From a virus (Duplodnaviria > Heunggongvirae > Uroviricota > Caudoviricetes): a DNA stretch of 21,450 bases. The stretch lies in IMG/VR virus record IMGVR_UViG_3300029214_000123; one strand, given 5' to 3'. The notes under the pieces are model-generated. The model did no database searches. It saw only the letters and a list, made by a program, of their open reading frames with translations, and was not told the origin of the DNA. Both the position numbers and the translations under genes were made by a program. Positions within the stretch are counted from its first letter, which is position 1, and every line of letters begins with the position of its first letter. Below are positions 18,277 to 21,450 of the stretch, piece after piece.

Positions 18277-19266
18277 TTACGCTTCGGTCTTGGTGAACTT
18301 CAGGCGTTTGACTACAGGCAGGACGGCAGTAGCTGAGCCAGTGCCCATCTTGACGGTCGTAGCAGCTTCAGCGACAACGAACACTTTACCGAGGATTTCC
18401 AGAGAGTGAGACTGAGAGTCACCATCACGGGACAGGACCACCGTAATGTTTTCGCCATCGTGGCGGAAGCAACCGAAGCTCAGAGCCGTAAAACGCTTAG
18501 CCATCATGAACACGCCACGGTCTTCACCGTTGTAATACGCAATATCAGTCCCCAGCATATCGACGATAGCGTCTTCACCACCGAAGCCCTGCTTAGCAGC
18601 CAGACGGGAGAGAGCCTTGAGGTGTGACTCATGGGCGATGATACCGTAATCAGTAACCTCAGAACCGAAAGAAGATTCGGTGTTGTCATACAGAGCGTCC
18701 ATGATAGTGTCTGCCTTAGCGGTCAGGCTGCCAGTCAGGACCGGAAGCTCTACGGTCTTCAACAGTTTGGAGGACTCCAGAACGTCAACCATGCGAGCGT
18801 TGATGGTACGGACCACATTCTCACAGATGTTCATAGCGTCCTGCTGAAGTGTGCCCTGAGTGAATCCGGTGGATGACTTGGCGTCCCAGAGCTTGGTCTG
18901 CTCAGAGATGAGAATAGCCTGCTCGATTGGTTCGACCACGATTTCTTGTCCAGACGGAACGGTCACGACTTCAGGTCGCTTACCACCACGGACAGGAACG
19001 ACCACAGAGCGATCAGCCAGAGTGTGAGCAATGATTGGAGTAGGCAGGCTATTGCGGGTCGGCAGGACTTCTACAGGGAACGGGATGTTATCTTGAGCGT
19101 CTTTAAGTACACCGTTCAGCATAGCCTTAACAGTCTTAGCTAACTGGAGGGCATAGACCTGAGGGTCGGCGTTAGTCGGAAGGCCCTCATTAACCTGAAG
19201 GTTGTCGTTGTCGGTGATATGAACAGGCTCAATGCCAAACTGGAAAGCGTTTTTAGTCATATTCAT
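18277..19266 (-). CDS. Phage-like abundant structural protein, tentatively a major capsid protein (329 aa)
   Basis: Long ORF with strongly biased high-expression codon usage (CTG, GGT, CGT, GCT, ATC, GAC). Translation initiation region CAAGGAGATTAATTATA-ATG resembles the T7 gene 10 RBS (AAGGAGATATACAT-ATG). 9-bp hairpin immediately upstream. Few Cys, Ala/Val/Thr/Gly-rich. The capsid assignment is inference, not a recognised homolog. Confidence 0.45.
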   Translation of the reverse strand: MNMTKNAFQFGIEPVHITDNDNLQVNEGLPTNADPQVYALQLAKTVKAMLNGVLKDAQDNIPFPVEVLPTRNSLPTPIIAHTLADRSVVVPVRGGKRPEVVTVPSGQEIVVEPIEQAILISEQTKLWDAKSSTGFTQGTLQQDAMNICENVVRTINARMVDVLESSKLLKTVELPVLTGSLTAKADTIMDALYDNTESSFGSEVTDYGIIAHESHLKALSRLAAKQGFGGEDAIVDMLGTDIAYYNGEDRGVFMMAKRFTALSFGCFRHDGENITVVLSRDGDSQSHSLEILGKVFVVAEAATTVKMGTGSATAVLPVVKRLKFTKTEA

Positions 19267-19298
19267 TATAATTAATCTCCTTGAGTCAAATACTTGAA

Positions 19299-19321
19299 GT
19301 CCCTAACAGGCAGTCAGGGAC
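19299..19321 (-). promoter_or_regulatory. Stable RNA hairpin in the leader of the capsid-like gene (candidate RNase III / mRNA-stability element)
   Basis: On the minus strand GUCCCUGAC-UGCCU-GUUAGGGAC: 9-bp stem with one G-U pair; no U-tract after it, so it is unlikely to be an intrinsic terminator. Confidence 0.4.
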
Positions 19322-19349
19322 CGTGTGTTCTCAGATGAGGGACGCTTGC

Positions 19350-19841
19350 TTACAGGCTGTCCATCCAGTTACCGCCTGACTCAATGTCAGCGACGATAGC
19401 GGCACGGGAGCGACCAGCGGAATGGGTAGCACTGCGGAGGTTCTCACCATAGGTCCGGCGTTCAGCTTTGACCTGTTCGCGGCGCTGTAGCTCTTTCTGC
19501 CACTCTGCATCAGTCATGTTCTCTTCACGCATACGCTCAGCCTGAATGCGCTGCTCTTTAGCAATACGCTCAGCTTCGGCTCGCTTGTTCTGCTGGCGGC
19601 GACCATAGGCGGTCATCAGGTCATTACTGAAGAAGTTGCCAATGGTCACGCCAGCTTCAGCCAGAGCTTCCAGTAACTCCATCGCCTCGCGGCTGGTGGA
19701 CGGTAAGCCTGACAGGTAGCCCGGAATCAGGGTCTTAATCGCCAGAGACAGCGGATAGGACTGACCGTCCAGACTCACAGTATTTTCATAGGGATTGATG
19801 TCGGTGACTGATAGTTTCCAGTCGTTGTTGTTGAATAACAT
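19350..19841 (-). CDS. Phage-like protein (163 aa) with a charged coiled-coil C-terminal half, scaffolding-like
   Basis: ORF with SD AGGAGTACTACCTT-ATG; C-terminal half RRQQNKRAEAERIAKEQRIQAERMREENMTDAEWQKELQRREQVKAERR is Arg/Glu/Gln-rich helical; immediately precedes the capsid-like gene. The scaffold role is inference. Confidence 0.4.
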   Translation of the reverse strand: MLFNNNDWKLSVTDINPYENTVSLDGQSYPLSLAIKTLIPGYLSGLPSTSREAMELLEALAEAGVTIGNFFSNDLMTAYGRRQQNKRAEAERIAKEQRIQAERMREENMTDAEWQKELQRREQVKAERRTYGENLRSATHSAGRSRAAIVADIESGGNWMDSL

Positions 19842-20055
19842 AAGGTAGTACTCCTATTGAGAAGGTGAGAACTATCGGTATCGCAGACACAGTTATGCCT
19901 ACGGGTCTCCCCGCATCGGTCATTCTCAAAAGGTTTTAAAATTAGGTATTAAGTAGGTGAGCTGCTAACGGTTAGGCGCTAGCTTGCTAGCTGACGGCAG
20001 TTTCATAGCGACCAGTTGCGCTATCAGCTCGTCTCGGGATTGGTGCTGGCGGGTC

Positions 20056-20157
20056 TCATCTTNNNNNNNNNNGACCAAGCTCTCTGAGGAGGACTTCAGT
20101 CCGGTAGCCACGGTAACGGAGAGTCATGCGACCCTCAGGTGTGCGCGGGTCAATCAT
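20056..20157 (-). CDS. Possible small basic protein (~33 aa) translationally coupled to the upstream 237-aa gene; spans an N-run
   Basis: ATG at 20157-20155 is preceded by GGAGGG (8 nt upstream) lying in the last codons of the upstream gene; translation MIDPRTPEGRMTLRYRGYRTEVLLRELG... The length depends on the true size of the 10-N gap. Confidence 0.2.
   Translation of the reverse strand: MIDPRTPEGRMTLRYRGYRTEVLLRELGXXXXR
20063..20072. other. Run of 10 N inside the foreign segment
   Basis: Literal n characters. Confidence 1.
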
Positions 20158-20158
20158 C

Positions 20159-20872
20159 TTAGAGTCCCTCCAGCTTGCCGGATTGGGCCTGCTTCAGGAG
20201 GTGCTCTTGCTTCTGCTGGTCGGTGCCAGTGAAGGCAATAAGGATGCCTCGCATCTTGTCAACCATCTCAGGCTTACCGAAGACCTCCAGTCCCTTAGCA
20301 TTGAACCGGAAGTTATAACCACCTGCTGAGAACTTCTGGTCTGACGGCTTAATGATACGAAAGCAGTCGGAATACTTCGGATTTACAGACCACTCGTTAC
20401 TGATTGGATTCTTACGAAAGAGACCACGATGCTGAAGAAGTGCGGTCATTAGCTTCTGAGCGGGTAGACCATAGGTTTTGCAGTAGTCGCCCCAAGTCAC
20501 GCCTCGACGGTTAGCGGACTGAATTGATGCTCGCTTCTTCTGGTCTTCCAGTAACTGCTTGTCCTTCTCAATTCGTCGGATGTATTCAAGGACTTTGCGA
20601 CGCACAGCTTTAGACTCACGCATACCGACTAGTAACAATTGGTCTCCGGTCAGCGTGATTGATTCCATCTGACGACCACCGCCTGTAGGTGTAATCAGAA
20701 CGGTCGCAAAAGTTTTGCAATCGTCCAGCTCATCGCGGACACGGGCTAAGAATTGGTCATTACGGACCGGAGCCTCGCCAGCTTCTGAACGAGCAGGATT
20801 GATAACAGTCGTCAGAAACTCATAGGAAGGCATAGAGAATTCATTGTTAAAGATGACTACTTGTTGAGACAT
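20159..20872 (-). CDS. Phage-like protein of unknown function (237 aa); possibly regulatory/antirepressor-like (weak)
   Basis: Long ORF with SD AAAAGGAGTACAACGAT-ATG, the same AGGAGTAC-type initiation region as the 163-aa gene; codon usage like the neighbouring genes. The segment ESITLTGDQLLLVGMRESKAVRRKVLEYI vaguely recalls Rha/antirepressor-type proteins, which I cannot verify. Confidence 0.5.
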   Translation of the reverse strand: MSQQVVIFNNEFSMPSYEFLTTVINPARSEAGEAPVRNDQFLARVRDELDDCKTFATVLITPTGGGRQMESITLTGDQLLLVGMRESKAVRRKVLEYIRRIEKDKQLLEDQKKRASIQSANRRGVTWGDYCKTYGLPAQKLMTALLQHRGLFRKNPISNEWSVNPKYSDCFRIIKPSDQKFSAGGYNFRFNAKGLEVFGKPEMVDKMRGILIAFTGTDQQKQEHLLKQAQSGKLEGL

Positions 20873-21450
20873 ATCGTTGTACTCCTTTTGTTATGTCTCC
20901 TGAAGTCACACCCTGAAAGCCTACTCAAGCCCCCAACGATAGGGAGACTCACAGGCAACAGGAGACATACAGAAAGACTTGAGGATTGATGAGGTCGTGT
21001 GAAGACCAGAGATGACCATAGCGGCTAATAAAAGGAAATTTTCCTCTTTTGAGGACTGCTCAGTTTTGAGCGCGTTAAGTTCTTCGACCATAGAGACGAA
21101 GGTTGCAGGCCGCATGTCAGGACGAGCTGTAAGGACCCCAGATGGTGAGCGGTGATAGACTTAAGCCAATGTAGTGAGTAGACGAGCTACTAACTGAGAT
21201 GACTGAAGAACGCTAACGAGCTGGAGGTCGATACACGAGGTCTGACAGGGGCGGTCTTCCTACCAGTGATAGTTAAGTCTCTACACTGGTCATACATACC
21301 CAACCTCAAGCAACGACCCAATGTATACAGGGTCCCGATGCTTTGAGCTGGAGACTGACGGAGCTATCGTCGACCCCATGGTTGAGGAAGACACATAGAA
21401 GGAATGAGGTCTGACTTAAGTCTGGACTATAGGTCTTATATTAATCTTCA

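Noticed and set aside
18406-20329. Plus-strand ORFs 18406..18627, 18631..18876, 18946..19143, 19984..20232 and 20126..20329, and minus-strand 18504..18689
   Set aside because: Antisense or alternative-frame to the strongly supported minus-strand phage-like genes (one spans the N-run); no initiation signals.
20939-20947. T7-type class III promoter (ATAGGGAGA core)
   Set aside because: Only the +1 region resembles the consensus; the -17 to -5 TAATACGACTCAC part is absent and the motif is on the strand opposite to the genes. No repeated 23-bp promoter-like motif was found by eye in the foreign segment.
20921-21115. 64-aa ORF on the minus strand in the foreign segment
   Set aside because: No Shine-Dalgarno before either candidate ATG, in contrast to every other gene in the segment; kept only as a weak possibility.
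1-21450. tRNA or rRNA genes
   Set aside because: No cloverleaf-compatible conserved tRNA features (GTTC/TPsiC-type motifs in the right context) or rRNA-like segments were recognised; the prophage here is not tRNA-adjacent.

Overview
Enterobacterial (E. coli-like) chromosome, draft quality (three N-runs). Positions 1-10964 are the right arm of a Qin-like lambdoid prophage: hokD-relE-relB toxin module, flxA with a sigma-28 promoter, an inserted DDE-transposase IS, a leftward replication module, the dicC/dicA immunity switch with ydfABC and dicF sRNA, and intact xis-int next to the attachment junction. Positions 11152-17734 are core genes rspB, rspA, ynfA, ynfB, speG, ynfC, ynfD and the 5' part of ynfE. 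The main finding: ynfE is cut at about 17734/17735 by at least 3.7 kb of foreign DNA that runs off the window end. This segment carries co-directional minus-strand genes with strong AAGGAG ribosome-binding sites and high-expression codon usage (a 329-aa capsid-like protein, a 163-aa coiled-coil protein, a 237-aa protein, an unlisted 51-aa membrane protein) and a repeat-rich terminal region whose motifs recall T7-group genome ends. It looks like a lytic-phage-type (possibly Autographiviridae-like) module inside a chromosomal gene: either a new integrated/satellite element or a chimeric assembly join. All calls are from reading the sequence and recalled protein families; no searches were run.
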